Shown here: positions 27,372 to 35,701 of the stretch, piece by piece
Layout of the letters: each line of letters opens with the position of its first letter
Numbering within the stretch: position 1 is the stretch's first letter
Assembly (NCBI GenBank): GCA_037446235.1
Contig: JBBIJA010000002.1
Location: forward strand, 1 to 40,361
Direction of reading: 5' to 3'
Source of the DNA: Armatimonadota bacterium
GTDB taxonomy: Bacteria; Armatimonadota; Fervidibacteria; Fervidibacterales; Fervidibacteraceae
Length of the DNA stretch: 40,361 bases
Made by a program: the position numbers and the translations under genes
Notes under the pieces: generated by a model
The model's input: only the letters and a program-made list of their open reading frames with translations
Database searches by the model: none
Told to the model about the DNA's origin: nothing

Positions 27372-28541
27372 ATGACCATCCTATTTTACGCGCCATTGGA
27401 AGTTTTTCATCGCCCGACAGGTTCAGGCGTTTACACGGGACGACTGCTCAATGCCCTGTTGCGGGTTGACCGGCACAACCGTTACATCGTTTGGCATGGC
27501 TGCATGGTTAAAACGCCGTCCCATTTGAAGCCGTTTCAACCGCCTTCGGAAGTTGCCGACCGGGTGGAGGTGCGGTTAACACGCTTCCCGACCCGCCTTT
27601 TCCATCACCCAAAAACGCGCGCCTTTCTATGTCGGTTCACCCGCTTGCCCATCGCCGACCGGCTTTTCGGCTTTCCACAGGTTTACTTTTCGCCGTTTTA
27701 CCCTTTCTTGCCCCATCGGAGAGGAGCGTTGGTGCTGACGGTGTTTGACTTAACGTTTTTGACCTTACCTCACTGTCACCTTCCGACCACCGTTCATGTG
27801 GGTTTGCTCACTTTGCTTTGGGCGAGACGAGCAGAGCGGATTCTCACTTTTTCAGAAGCCGTTAAAAAGCAAATGGTGGATTGGCTAAGTTTTGATGCCC
27901 GTCGCATCACCGTCACACCCCTCGCTGCTGGTGAGCGCTTTTACCCTCAGCCTTCCGACCGCATCGTAACCGTTCGGCGCAAATACGGTTTGGATAGACC
28001 TTACCTTCTTTTTGCCGGGACGATTGAACCCCGCAAAAATTTGGTCACCCTTTTGCGTGCCTTCGCCAAAATTAGGCATGACTTCCCCCATCGCCTCGTC
28101 TTAGCCGGCGCTAGCGGTTGGTATAGCGAACCGGTCTTTTCCGAGATAGAAAGGTTGGGATTGCAAGGTCGGGTCATTCACACCGAATATGTGCCTGACG
28201 AAGATTTGCCGCCTTTGATGGGCGGAGCCGAAGTTTTCGTTTACCCCTCCCTGGCGGAAGGGTTTGGCTTGCCGCCGTTGGAAGCGATGGCGTGTGGAAC
28301 CCCCATCGTCTGCAGCGATGCGCCAGCGTTGCCAGAAGTCGTCGGGGATGCGGCGATGACCGTCCCGCCTGCCGATGTAAACGCATGGGCGGACGGTTTA
28401 ACTCAGATGCTTCGGGATGGGGACTTGCGCCAAACCCTTCGGCAAAAGGGTTTGATGCGGGCAAAACAATTCTCGTGGGAACGAACCGCCCGTTTGACTT
28501 TAGCCGCTTTTGAGCAAGCGGCAAGGGGGTCAAAGGGCTGA
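27372..28541 (+). CDS. Glycosyltransferase family 4 (GT-B), divergent paralog
   Basis: FAGTIEPRKN, YPSLAEGFGLPPLEAMACG, FSWERTA. Confidence 0.95.
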   Translation: MTILFYAPLEVFHRPTGSGVYTGRLLNALLRVDRHNRYIVWHGCMVKTPSHLKPFQPPSEVADRVEVRLTRFPTRLFHHPKTRAFLCRFTRLPIADRLFGFPQVYFSPFYPFLPHRRGALVLTVFDLTFLTLPHCHLPTTVHVGLLTLLWARRAERILTFSEAVKKQMVDWLSFDARRITVTPLAAGERFYPQPSDRIVTVRRKYGLDRPYLLFAGTIEPRKNLVTLLRAFAKIRHDFPHRLVLAGASGWYSEPVFSEIERLGLQGRVIHTEYVPDEDLPPLMGGAEVFVYPSLAEGFGLPPLEAMACGTPIVCSDAPALPEVVGDAAMTVPPADVNAWADGLTQMLRDGDLRQTLRQKGLMRAKQFSWERTARLTLAAFEQAARGSKG

Positions 28542-28680
28542 AGCGGTGTGTTCGGGAGGAAGTTGGGATTGGATGATTCTTTAAGCAAACTCTCTACCAA
28601 TGAATTGGATAGAGCCTATGAGCAAGCAAGTGGAAGTCATCTTTTGGCGATGGGATGTGGGGCAGTTTTTTACAAGCAGA

Positions 28681-28759
28681 TGGTGGCCCCGACGGGATTT
28701 GAACCCGTGATCTCCGGCTTGAAAGGCCGGTGTCCTAGGCCGAGCTAGACGACGGGGCC
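28681..28759 (-). tRNA. tRNA-Glu (TTC), CCA encoded
   Basis: GGCCCCG acceptor stem, anticodon arm CCGGC-CTTTCAA-GCCGG, GGTTCAAATCC T-loop, ACCA end. Confidence 0.98.
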
Positions 28760-28863
28760 ACGGCACGCTCCACAGGTCAGGCGATTTCGGGTCATCAACC
28801 TATGAATATTTTAACGCAGCACCATAGCAGCTGATCAAGCGAATTTGCGCCCTGCATCATTCC

Positions 28864-29715
28864 CTACATGAAGGCTTGGGCGTAAAAGTAAACGAGGGGG
28901 GCGGAGATGAGCAGGCTGTCAAAGCGGTCCAAAACGCCGCCGTGACCTGGGATGAGCGTCCCGAAATCCTTGATGCCGATGTCGCGCTTGAGGACGCTCT
29001 TGCATAGGTCACCCACCTGACCTGCGGTGCTGATGACGAACGCCAACGGCAAAACGGTCGTCAAAGGCAACGAAACGCCCGTCGGCAAATGGGGCAAAAG
29101 TTGGACGATGAGCGCTGCGACAACAACGCCACCCACCAACCCACCCAGCGACCCTTCTAAGGTTTTGCCTGGGCTGACCTGCGGTGACAACTTGTGCCTG
29201 CCTATCGCTCTGCCGGCAAAGTAAGCCGTAGTGTCCGTCGCCCAAACGGTGAAGAGCAATAAAAAGAACAAATCTCGCCCTATCACCCAACGGCGCAGCA
29301 AGAGGGGGAAGGCGAACATGCTCAGGTAAAGGATACCAAGCACCGTCGCCCCGATGCTGGAGATGCGCCAGCCGGACGGGGGGGGCGTTTCCCGTTCGCC
29401 ACGCCGATAGACGATATGGAACGCCATGCTGCCGAACAGCGCGACGAACAAAACGGCTGCCCAAAGGAGAAAAAGGATGGGCAGTTGGTCATGCCAAAAG
29501 TGGGTGCCAACCAACCCGACAAGCACGCAGGGGAAGGCGATTTCCTTGATGACGAAGATGTTGAGTTGTTTCATCCCTTGCGTGAACTCCCACAACCCAA
29601 CCATCGCCAGCGCCCAAACAACGACAGCGAAAGGCAAACCGCCAAAGTAAATGAGCGTCAACCCCAACGGGATGCCCACCGCGGCGCTGAGCACTCGCGG
29701 CAGCAACATCGCCAA
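28864..29715 (-). CDS. cdsA: Phosphatidate cytidylyltransferase
   Basis: WATDTTAYFAG, SPGKTLEG, GDLCKSVLKRDIGIKDFGTLIPGHGGVLDRFDS. Confidence 0.97.
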   Translation of the reverse strand: MAMLLPRVLSAAVGIPLGLTLIYFGGLPFAVVVWALAMVGLWEFTQGMKQLNIFVIKEIAFPCVLVGLVGTHFWHDQLPILFLLWAAVLFVALFGSMAFHIVYRRGERETPPPSGWRISSIGATVLGILYLSMFAFPLLLRRWVIGRDLFFLLLFTVWATDTTAYFAGRAIGRHKLSPQVSPGKTLEGSLGGLVGGVVVAALIVQLLPHLPTGVSLPLTTVLPLAFVISTAGQVGDLCKSVLKRDIGIKDFGTLIPGHGGVLDRFDSLLISAPLVYFYAQAFM

Positions 29716-29827
29716 TCACCACCTAAAAAACCTTTTTGGGATGAACCTTCGTTTTGCCCATAAAAAATTTGCCGACATGCCAAAGCGCGGGCAAGGCGGG
29801 TTAAAATCTTTGCCAGGTGAATGGCTC

Positions 29828-30166
29828 ATGGAACAGCCCACAAAATCGGCTATCCCCACAACCTTGTCTGAACTGGACGATGAAGAACTCGTTGAGCGGT
29901 TGGTGGAGGAAGTGCTGGAAGGTCATCCCCGCGCCGAACAATGGCGTCAGTGGCGGGAGGCGCTGGAAGAACGGTTGCAAAAGTTGCTGGCGATGCAAGC
30001 CAAAGGCGTCGCCGAATTTCCCGACCTGGGCGAGCGCATTGACGAATTAAAGCGCTTTCTCGTCGTCCTGCGGGAAGAGGAAATCCTGACCGATTTCATA
30101 GAGCAGCAGGTGCGAATGGTCGTCAGCAAAGCGAAGTTGAAGCAAGCCTTGGGCGAAGACTTTTAG
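29828..30166 (+). CDS. Hypothetical acidic helical/coiled-coil protein
   Basis: AGGTGA RBS before ATG 29828; protein-like Glu/Leu/Arg-rich composition; no motif recognised. Confidence 0.75.
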   Translation: MEQPTKSAIPTTLSELDDEELVERLVEEVLEGHPRAEQWRQWREALEERLQKLLAMQAKGVAEFPDLGERIDELKRFLVVLREEEILTDFIEQQVRMVVSKAKLKQALGEDF

Positions 30167-30188
30167 GGGCAAACCGATGGGTTCGCCC
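30164..30188 (+). repeat. REP-like palindrome overlapping the stop codon
   Basis: TAG-GGGCAAACC-GATG-GGTTCGCCC (one mismatch). Confidence 0.6.
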
Positions 30189-30286
30189 GAAACTTCAAGG
30201 GCGAAGGGCATGGGCGAGTCCATGCCGCCGGCGCGGTGGGAAGTTGCAAGCCGTAGGGTTTCAACCCCAGCAGATAAGGCGGGGTG

Positions 30287-30315
30287 TTGATTTCCCCCAC
30301 CGCTTGTGCTATGCT
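30287..30315 (+). promoter_or_regulatory. Putative sigma70 promoter for the rpmE-prfA operon
   Basis: TTGATT, 17 nt, TATGCT with TG extended -10. Confidence 0.6.
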
Positions 30316-30353
30316 TTGGGTGTCCTTCCGATGCAACGCGGAGTGTCACAGCG

Positions 30354-30722
30354 ATGCGACAGGAAATCACACGGGGGTTAACCATCGGTGTCTTTGTATA
30401 TGGCGCGACGGTGCTTGTCGCTTACTTAGCCGGCTGGCTTTCGCCCCGCGCTTGCGAAGCGTTGTCGGCTGTCCCTTGCCTTGCGGTCGCGGCTTGGTAT
30501 GCTGGGGCAGTTAAATTCGGCAACGGCACGACCGTCCATCGCTGGGGCTGGCTGCTCTTGACGGTCGGTTGGTTGATGATTGGTGTCGCCTTTTTGCTGC
30601 ATCCGGGCATCGGACGGGTCGCTGCATTGAGCAGTGCCGTGCCAACCGTGTTGGGCGGTTTTGGAACGGTTTGGTTGGCAAACTGGTATGCGCCAACGGA
30701 AAAAGGGGGGACGACTTCTTGA
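30354..30722 (+). CDS. Hypothetical membrane protein (about 4 TM)
   Basis: Hydrophobic ORF after GGAG; stop overlaps the rpmE start (TTGA). Confidence 0.7.
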   Translation: MRQEITRGLTIGVFVYGATVLVAYLAGWLSPRACEALSAVPCLAVAAWYAGAVKFGNGTTVHRWGWLLLTVGWLMIGVAFLLHPGIGRVAALSSAVPTVLGGFGTVWLANWYAPTEKGGTTS

Positions 30723-30973
30723 AGGCAGGCATCCATCCCGACTATGGGGAATGCACGGTCGTTTGCGCCTGCGGCAACAGTTGGAAGACCCGCTCCACCA
30801 AACCCACACTGCATGTGGAGGTTTGTTCGGCGTGCCATCCCTACTACCAGGGGCAATTAGCCGAACGGCGGTTCGTGGATACCATGGGGCGGATTGAAAA
30901 GTTTGAGCGCCGCCGCGCCGTTAGCCGACAGAGACAGGCAACCCCAACCGAACAACGCCGCCGCCGTCGGTAG
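30719..30973 (+). CDS. rpmE: 50S ribosomal protein L31 (Zn-binding type, TTG start)
   Basis: [33 protein letters not shown]. Confidence 0.97.
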   Translation: MKAGIHPDYGECTVVCACGNSWKTRSTKPTLHVEVCSACHPYYQGQLAERRFVDTMGRIEKFERRRAVSRQRQATPTEQRRRRR

Positions 30974-30983
30974 CCTTTGCCGT

Positions 30984-31004
30984 TTCGTCATTCGTCACTC
31001 GTCA
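30984..31004 (+). repeat. Intergenic heptamer tandem repeat (3 x YTCGTCA)
   Basis: ttcgtca ttcgtca ctcgtca. Confidence 0.7.
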
Positions 31005-31024
31005 TTCAAAAGGTGGTGTTGTGC

Positions 31025-31966
31025 TTGCCTTTGGTTTTGGGCGGTCAGGCAGTTTACGAAGGCGTGATGCTGCGCAGCCCGCGCCACTTGGCGATTGCCG
31101 TCCGCTGTGCGGACAACAACATCGCCGTTCACACTGAACCCGTCCCTGAACACAAAGGTTTTTGGCGGCTGCCGTTCGTTCGGGGCGTGGTTGCCCTTTA
31201 CGATGCCGTCGCATTGGGTTTGAGGGCTATGCGCCTTGCCTTGAGCATGGCGCTGCCTGAAGAAGAACGCAAAGTCGCTGAGCCTTTGGCGTTCGCTTGG
31301 CAAGCCGCTGCGGGTTTAGCGTTGGCGATTGGACTGTTTGTCGTCCTGCCCCACCTCCTCACTGCCCAATTGGACTTGTCCAGCCGATGGAAAGGCAGCG
31401 GTTTGGAAGGTGTCCTGCGTTTGTTTATTTTTCTTGCTTTCCTTTGGTTCGTCGGAAGGTCAAAAGAAGCCCAACGTCTGTTTGCCTATCACGGCGCCGA
31501 GCACAAAGCCGTCCACGCCTTTGAACATTTCACCGAACTCACCGTTGAAGGGCTAAAACCCTTCCCGCCCGAACATCCTCGCTGCGGGACGGCGTTCGTT
31601 TTGCTCGTGTTGCTGGTCAAAGTCATCCTATTTGCCTTTTTGCCTGTCGGCGGGTGGAAGGGCGTAGCGTTTCGCATCGCCATGTTGCCTGTCGTAGCGG
31701 CGCTGAGTTTTGAGTTGCTTCGGTTGGGCGCTTCCCGTCCGCTGCTGCGCTGGTTGTCGTTGCCTGGCTTGTGGCTGCAAAAATTGACGACCCGCCGACC
31801 CGACGATGGGCAACTGGAAGTGGCATTGACAGCCTTAAACGAACTGTTGCGGTTGGAAGGCGTTCGGATTAACCCGTATGGGATGAAGGGATGTGAACCT
31901 GATGGAAAAAGCGATGAAGGAGCGGAAAATCATCCGCACAGAACACCCACACATCGCCAAGATTGA
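31025..31966 (+). CDS. DUF1385 (YqhQ-like) membrane protein
   Basis: GGQAVYEGVMLR, YHGAEHK, HPRCGT, PGLWLQKLTT.PD..QLEVAL; usual position between rpmE and prfA; TTG start estimated. Confidence 0.93.
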   Translation: MPLVLGGQAVYEGVMLRSPRHLAIAVRCADNNIAVHTEPVPEHKGFWRLPFVRGVVALYDAVALGLRAMRLALSMALPEEERKVAEPLAFAWQAAAGLALAIGLFVVLPHLLTAQLDLSSRWKGSGLEGVLRLFIFLAFLWFVGRSKEAQRLFAYHGAEHKAVHAFEHFTELTVEGLKPFPPEHPRCGTAFVLLVLLVKVILFAFLPVGGWKGVAFRIAMLPVVAALSFELLRLGASRPLLRWLSLPGLWLQKLTTRRPDDGQLEVALTALNELLRLEGVRINPYGMKGCEPDGKSDEGAENHPHRTPTHRQD

Positions 31967-32225
31967 AGGTGTCCGAGGCGGCAAAGAGGTTGTGGAAGGG
32001 ACTGGGGTGCCCGTTTGGGCAATTGCTTTCCTTTGGACGAAGGGAGCGACCCCAGAGGAAATTGCCGAAGAGTATCGGCTTCCGCTGGCGAAAGTCTTTG
32101 ATGCTCTGAGTTACTACTTAGACTATCGGGCAGAGATAGATCGGCAGATTGAGGAAAGCCAGAAGTTGCCCGAAGGCTTCTGGGTTAACGAACAGGGCTT
32201 TGTGCGCCCCAAGGTTGGAGGCTAA
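31902..32225 (+). CDS. DUF433 family antitoxin
   Basis: GVRGGKEVVEGTGVPV..GATPEEIAEEY.LPLAKVFDALSYY. Confidence 0.9.
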   Translation: MEKAMKERKIIRTEHPHIAKIEGVRGGKEVVEGTGVPVWAIAFLWTKGATPEEIAEEYRLPLAKVFDALSYYLDYRAEIDRQIEESQKLPEGFWVNEQGFVRPKVGG

Positions 32226-32228
32226 CGA

Positions 32229-32927
32229 ATGGTGCTGCGAATTTACTTGGACGACAGCAGCGTAATGATAGCACTGGAAAAAGCCCTGCGCGCTGAAGGT
32301 TTTGAAGTGAAAACACCGTCGGAAGTAGGCACTTCGGGCGCTGAAGACGAAGTTCACTTGCAATGGGCGGCAGAGCATGGGTTTGTTCTGCTGACCTTTG
32401 ATAAGCAAACGATGGTGCCTTTGGCAGATGCATGGGTTGTGTCAGGTCGGGAACACAACGGGATGATCGTCTGCGATCAGGTTCGTAGGGATGCGGTAGG
32501 GGTCATCGTTAGGCGGTTGAAAAACCTTGCTCGTGTTTACAGTCAAGAGATGCTTAAGAAGAGGTTGGGTGCGACTTGCCGAATTTGGCTTCAAAAACTG
32601 ACCACCCGTGAACCAGATGAGCAACAATTGGAAGTGGCATTGGCTGCCTTGCACGAGGTTCTGAGGCTGGAAGGTGTCCGAACTCCTTCAAGTCGTCTCC
32701 TTCATCATGGAGCACTACATCCAGCCACAGAGTTGGGTGTTAGACCCCTTTGCTGGCAGCGGCACCACAGGCTTAGTTGCCCGCCTCTATGGTTGCCATT
32801 ACGAAATGTGGGACTTGAATCCGCTTTTGGAAGTCCTGCATCGTGTCACCACTCTCAAAACTCCGAAAGTGCAGGTGAAGGAATTGGTCAAGCAAATGGC
32901 TTCCTATCCCAACCAATGGCTCCCTAA
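32229..32927 (+). CDS. DUF5615 PIN-like toxin (about first 115 aa) reading through into a DUF1385 duplicate
   Basis: RIYLDD..ALRAEGFEV..GAEDEVHLQWAAEHGFVLLTFD..HNGMIV; then WLQKLTTREPDEQQLEVAL and a low-information tail. Confidence 0.82.
   Translation: MVLRIYLDDSSVMIALEKALRAEGFEVKTPSEVGTSGAEDEVHLQWAAEHGFVLLTFDKQTMVPLADAWVVSGREHNGMIVCDQVRRDAVGVIVRRLKNLARVYSQEMLKKRLGATCRIWLQKLTTREPDEQQLEVALAALHEVLRLEGVRTPSSRLLHHGALHPATELGVRPLCWQRHHRLSCPPLWLPLRNVGLESAFGSPASCHHSQNSESAGEGIGQANGFLSQPMAP
32586..32681 (+). repeat. Diverged direct repeat of the DUF1385 3' end (first copy 31772-31867)
   Basis: Manual ungapped alignment gives 70/96 nt and 26/32 aa identical. Confidence 0.93.
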
Positions 32928-33825
32928 GTGGCAGAACCTACCCTACTGGTATCCCGAAGGGTTGCTACCTTTTCTTGGCAGGCTTTGGGGTTATTATCAA
33001 TCGTTGGACGATTCGCCGACCAAGTGGCTTATCGTCGTGCCTTTGCTCAAATTGAGCCGACTTTTCTCCTACAACGATTTGCAGCGCCAGAAACTTTCCC
33101 GCTCTCCACGAGCGGAGCAGCGAGTGGCGGAACTGATGTCAGGCGATTGGCGAGAGCGACTTTTGTCTATGCTGGCAGATGAGATTTACAAAGTTTTGGG
33201 CAAACTTCAGGAATACCACCAGATATTGGTTCGGTGTGGGCATAGGGTAGGGCAGGTAGAAGCCATCGTCAGAGCAGGCGTGGATACAGTCGCTTTGAGC
33301 CAAGAAATGCACGAGCGTGAATGGGATTGCCTAATCACTTCGCCCCCTTACCTTCAAGCCCACGAATACATTCGTTGTGCGAAACTTGACTTGTTTTGGC
33401 TGGGCTATTCGGAGGCGGAAATTCGCGCTCTCGCCAAATTGGAATTGCCTTACCGCCATTTGCCGCCTGTGCCCGTTCACTCGGAGACTTTTGAAAGGTG
33501 GCGGGCGCAAATCAGTGAGTCTTCTTTGCGTCGTCTTTACGAAAACTACTTTTACGGCGTCTTAGGGGCATTGACAGCACTTTCGGGGCATGTTCGCCAA
33601 CGAATATTTCTTTTTGTCGGGCGAGCCAGCATTCGTTCACAACCCGTCCCTATTGACCGCATCTTCGTTGAGCACTTCACAGCGTTAGGGTGGGAGCACG
33701 AAGTCACTTTGGTTGACAAGATTGTCGCCCGCACGATGTTCAAAGCAGAAGTAAATCCAGCGACGGGACTGAAGGACAATCGGATGGCAACGGAGCATTT
33801 GGTCATTTTGCGGAGGGGTGATTGA
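32674..33825 (+). CDS. Amino-DNA methyltransferase (SPPY, N4-C type, alpha motif order), probably 5'-truncated
   Basis: VLDPFAGSGTT (motif I) and LITSPPY (motif IV). The GTG start lies inside the DUF1385 duplicate and the usual upstream YPAKF-type motif X is absent. Confidence 0.82.
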   Translation: MSELLQVVSFIMEHYIQPQSWVLDPFAGSGTTGLVARLYGCHYEMWDLNPLLEVLHRVTTLKTPKVQVKELVKQMASYPNQWLPKWQNLPYWYPEGLLPFLGRLWGYYQSLDDSPTKWLIVVPLLKLSRLFSYNDLQRQKLSRSPRAEQRVAELMSGDWRERLLSMLADEIYKVLGKLQEYHQILVRCGHRVGQVEAIVRAGVDTVALSQEMHEREWDCLITSPPYLQAHEYIRCAKLDLFWLGYSEAEIRALAKLELPYRHLPPVPVHSETFERWRAQISESSLRRLYENYFYGVLGALTALSGHVRQRIFLFVGRASIRSQPVPIDRIFVEHFTALGWEHEVTLVDKIVARTMFKAEVNPATGLKDNRMATEHLVILRRGD

Positions 33826-33826
33826 C

Positions 33827-33919
33827 ATGGTGACTGAACTGAACATCCTGCGATTCGGAAACATTGGACATCTCCGTCATACCGACCCGCCCGTTAGCAA
33901 CAGCCATATGGCAAAATGA
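33827..33919 (+). pseudogene. 30-aa mini-ORF, possible remnant of the cognate endonuclease
   Basis: GGAGGGG RBS, ATG 1 nt after the MTase stop, MVTELNILRFGNIGHLRHTDPPVSNSHMAK*. Confidence 0.3.
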
Positions 33920-33948
33920 TTTCAGCGTTCCGAAAGAGGTGATCAACG

Positions 33949-34188
33949 ATGGCACTTATCTCGTTGGAGATTGCTGCCCGGCGTTTGGGAGTTACGAAAG
34001 AGACGCTGGAAGGATGGGTGCAGCGGGGGCTTTTGTCAGTGCATATTCGCTCCCAAGCCTCCTCACCCGAAGGAACTCTGGGGCTTGGGTTGGTAGAGCG
34101 TCTCGTGGATGAAGACGAGGTTTGGCAAGTAGCCGAGAGCCTCGGTTGGCTTCAACTTTCTGCTGAAGGTTGGGAAGGTGAGGAATAG
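33949..34188 (+). CDS. Small HTH (MerR/excisionase-like) protein, putative antitoxin
   Basis: ISLEIAARRLGVTKETLEGWVQRGLL; acidic Trp-containing tail; ends 3 nt before the toxin gene. Confidence 0.75.
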   Translation: MALISLEIAARRLGVTKETLEGWVQRGLLSVHIRSQASSPEGTLGLGLVERLVDEDEVWQVAESLGWLQLSAEGWEGEE

Positions 34189-34191
34189 GGA

Positions 34192-34542
34192 ATGGCTTTT
34201 CGGCATCCTTATAAGCGCGGAGATGTTGTCTTGGTGTGTTTCCCATTTAGCGATGCATCCGGTCAAAAAGAGCGACCCGCTATCGTGCTCAGCGCAGACA
34301 CTTACCACGAGGAATGGAACGAGATTTTGGTTGTGGCGATAACTTCTCGCCCACCACGAACACTCCGTCCAACTGACTATGCTCTTCAAGATTGGCAATC
34401 GGCTGGTTTGAGCCAACCTTCATGGGTGCGTTCTCACCTTGCAACAGTGCATTTTCAACTCATCACTCGCAAATTGGGAACTCTCCCTCTGCGTGACTTG
34501 AGGGGTGTTGAACGAGCCATTCGCATCGCTTTAGGCTTTTAA
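34192..34542 (+). CDS. PemK/MazF family toxin
   Basis: KRGDVVLVCFPFSD..KERPAIVLS..VVAITS..GLSQPSWVR. Confidence 0.93.
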   Translation: MAFRHPYKRGDVVLVCFPFSDASGQKERPAIVLSADTYHEEWNEILVVAITSRPPRTLRPTDYALQDWQSAGLSQPSWVRSHLATVHFQLITRKLGTLPLRDLRGVERAIRIALGF

Positions 34543-34555
34543 AAGGTGATGGTTC

Positions 34556-35641
34556 ATGAGACAGCAATTGGAAGCGCTTGAAGCCGAACTGGTTTCCATA
34601 GAGGAGCAAATGGCAGACCCCGAAACCGCCAAAGACTCGGCGCGGCTGCAAACGCTGATGCGCCGGCACGGGGAATTGCTGCCCGTCGTGGAACGCTACC
34701 GCAAATACAAACGCTTGCTGGAGCGGGAAAGGCAGGCGCGGGAGATTTTGGAAACCGAAAGCGATGGGGATTTGCTCCAACTGGCTCACGAAGAGTTAGG
34801 GGAAATCGTCCCGCAGCGGGAGGCATTAGAAGCCGAACTGGCGGAAGCGCTGATGCCCAAAGATGCCAACGACGGCAAGGATGTCGTCATGGAAATTCGG
34901 GCGGGAACGGGAGGCGAGGAGGCAGCACTGTTTGCAAAGGATTTGTGCCGAATGTATCTCCGCTACGCCGAGCGAAAGGGCTGGAAGATGGAAATCGTCT
35001 ATGAAAGCCCGTCAGCATTGGGTGGCTATAAGGAGGTCATCTTGCACATCAGCGGGAAGGACGCTTGGAAGTTGCTCCGTTACGAAAGTGGCGTCCATCG
35101 CGTCCAACGCGTGCCCGTCACCGAATCTTCGGGTCGCATCCACACGAGCGCAGCGACCGTTGCCGTTTTGCCTGAAGCGGAAGAAGCCGATGTGGAGTTG
35201 CGGGACGAGGACTTGGAGATTGAAACCTTCCGCTCGTCGGGACCTGGCGGTCAACACATGCAAAAAAACGAGACAGCCGTCCGCATCCGCCACAAGCCGA
35301 CTGGCATTGTCGTGGAGTGTCAAGACGAACGCAGCCAGCACCAAAACAAGATGAAAGCCCTCCGCATCCTTCGGACACGCCTTTTGGAAATGCAACGGCG
35401 GGAGCAGGAAGCCCATTTGCAACGGCAGCGCCGCGAGCAAATCAAATCGGGCGACCGAAGCGACAAAGACCGAACCTACAACTTCATCCAAAACCGCGTC
35501 ACCGACCACCGCTACGACATCACCCTCTACGACTTGAAGAACATCTTGGACGGAGACTTGGACGAACTGCTGGGCGAAATCCGCCAGACGGAAACCCGGC
35601 GTTGGCTGAGCGACCAAGCCATCGTCCCCGTCGTCCAATGA
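34556..35641 (+). CDS. prfA: Peptide chain release factor 1
   Basis: EIRAGTGGEEA, ESGVHRVQRVPVTE (PxT), GPGGQ, RTYNF. Confidence 0.98.
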   Translation: MRQQLEALEAELVSIEEQMADPETAKDSARLQTLMRRHGELLPVVERYRKYKRLLERERQAREILETESDGDLLQLAHEELGEIVPQREALEAELAEALMPKDANDGKDVVMEIRAGTGGEEAALFAKDLCRMYLRYAERKGWKMEIVYESPSALGGYKEVILHISGKDAWKLLRYESGVHRVQRVPVTESSGRIHTSAATVAVLPEAEEADVELRDEDLEIETFRSSGPGGQHMQKNETAVRIRHKPTGIVVECQDERSQHQNKMKALRILRTRLLEMQRREQEAHLQRQRREQIKSGDRSDKDRTYNFIQNRVTDHRYDITLYDLKNILDGDLDELLGEIRQTETRRWLSDQAIVPVVQ

Positions 35642-35701
35642 CCGATGGGGCATTGAAACGTTGGACGGCTGGCTGTAAACCACCGATGAGGAGGTATCGG
35701 G

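Noticed and set aside
28542-28759. tRNA-Glu as integration site of an island carrying the GT4 genes
   Set aside because: I found no duplicate of the tRNA 3' end and no integrase; the adjacent 140 nt are only mildly atypical.
29378-29385. G8 run in cdsA as a phase-variation tract
   Set aside because: The gene is in frame and normally essential; the run simply encodes a Pro stretch.
31965-31976. 12-nt match gaaggtgtccga shared with 32670-32681 as a possible att core
   Set aside because: It lies within the conserved EGVRGG of DUF433, so coding coincidence is sufficient; no recombinase nearby.
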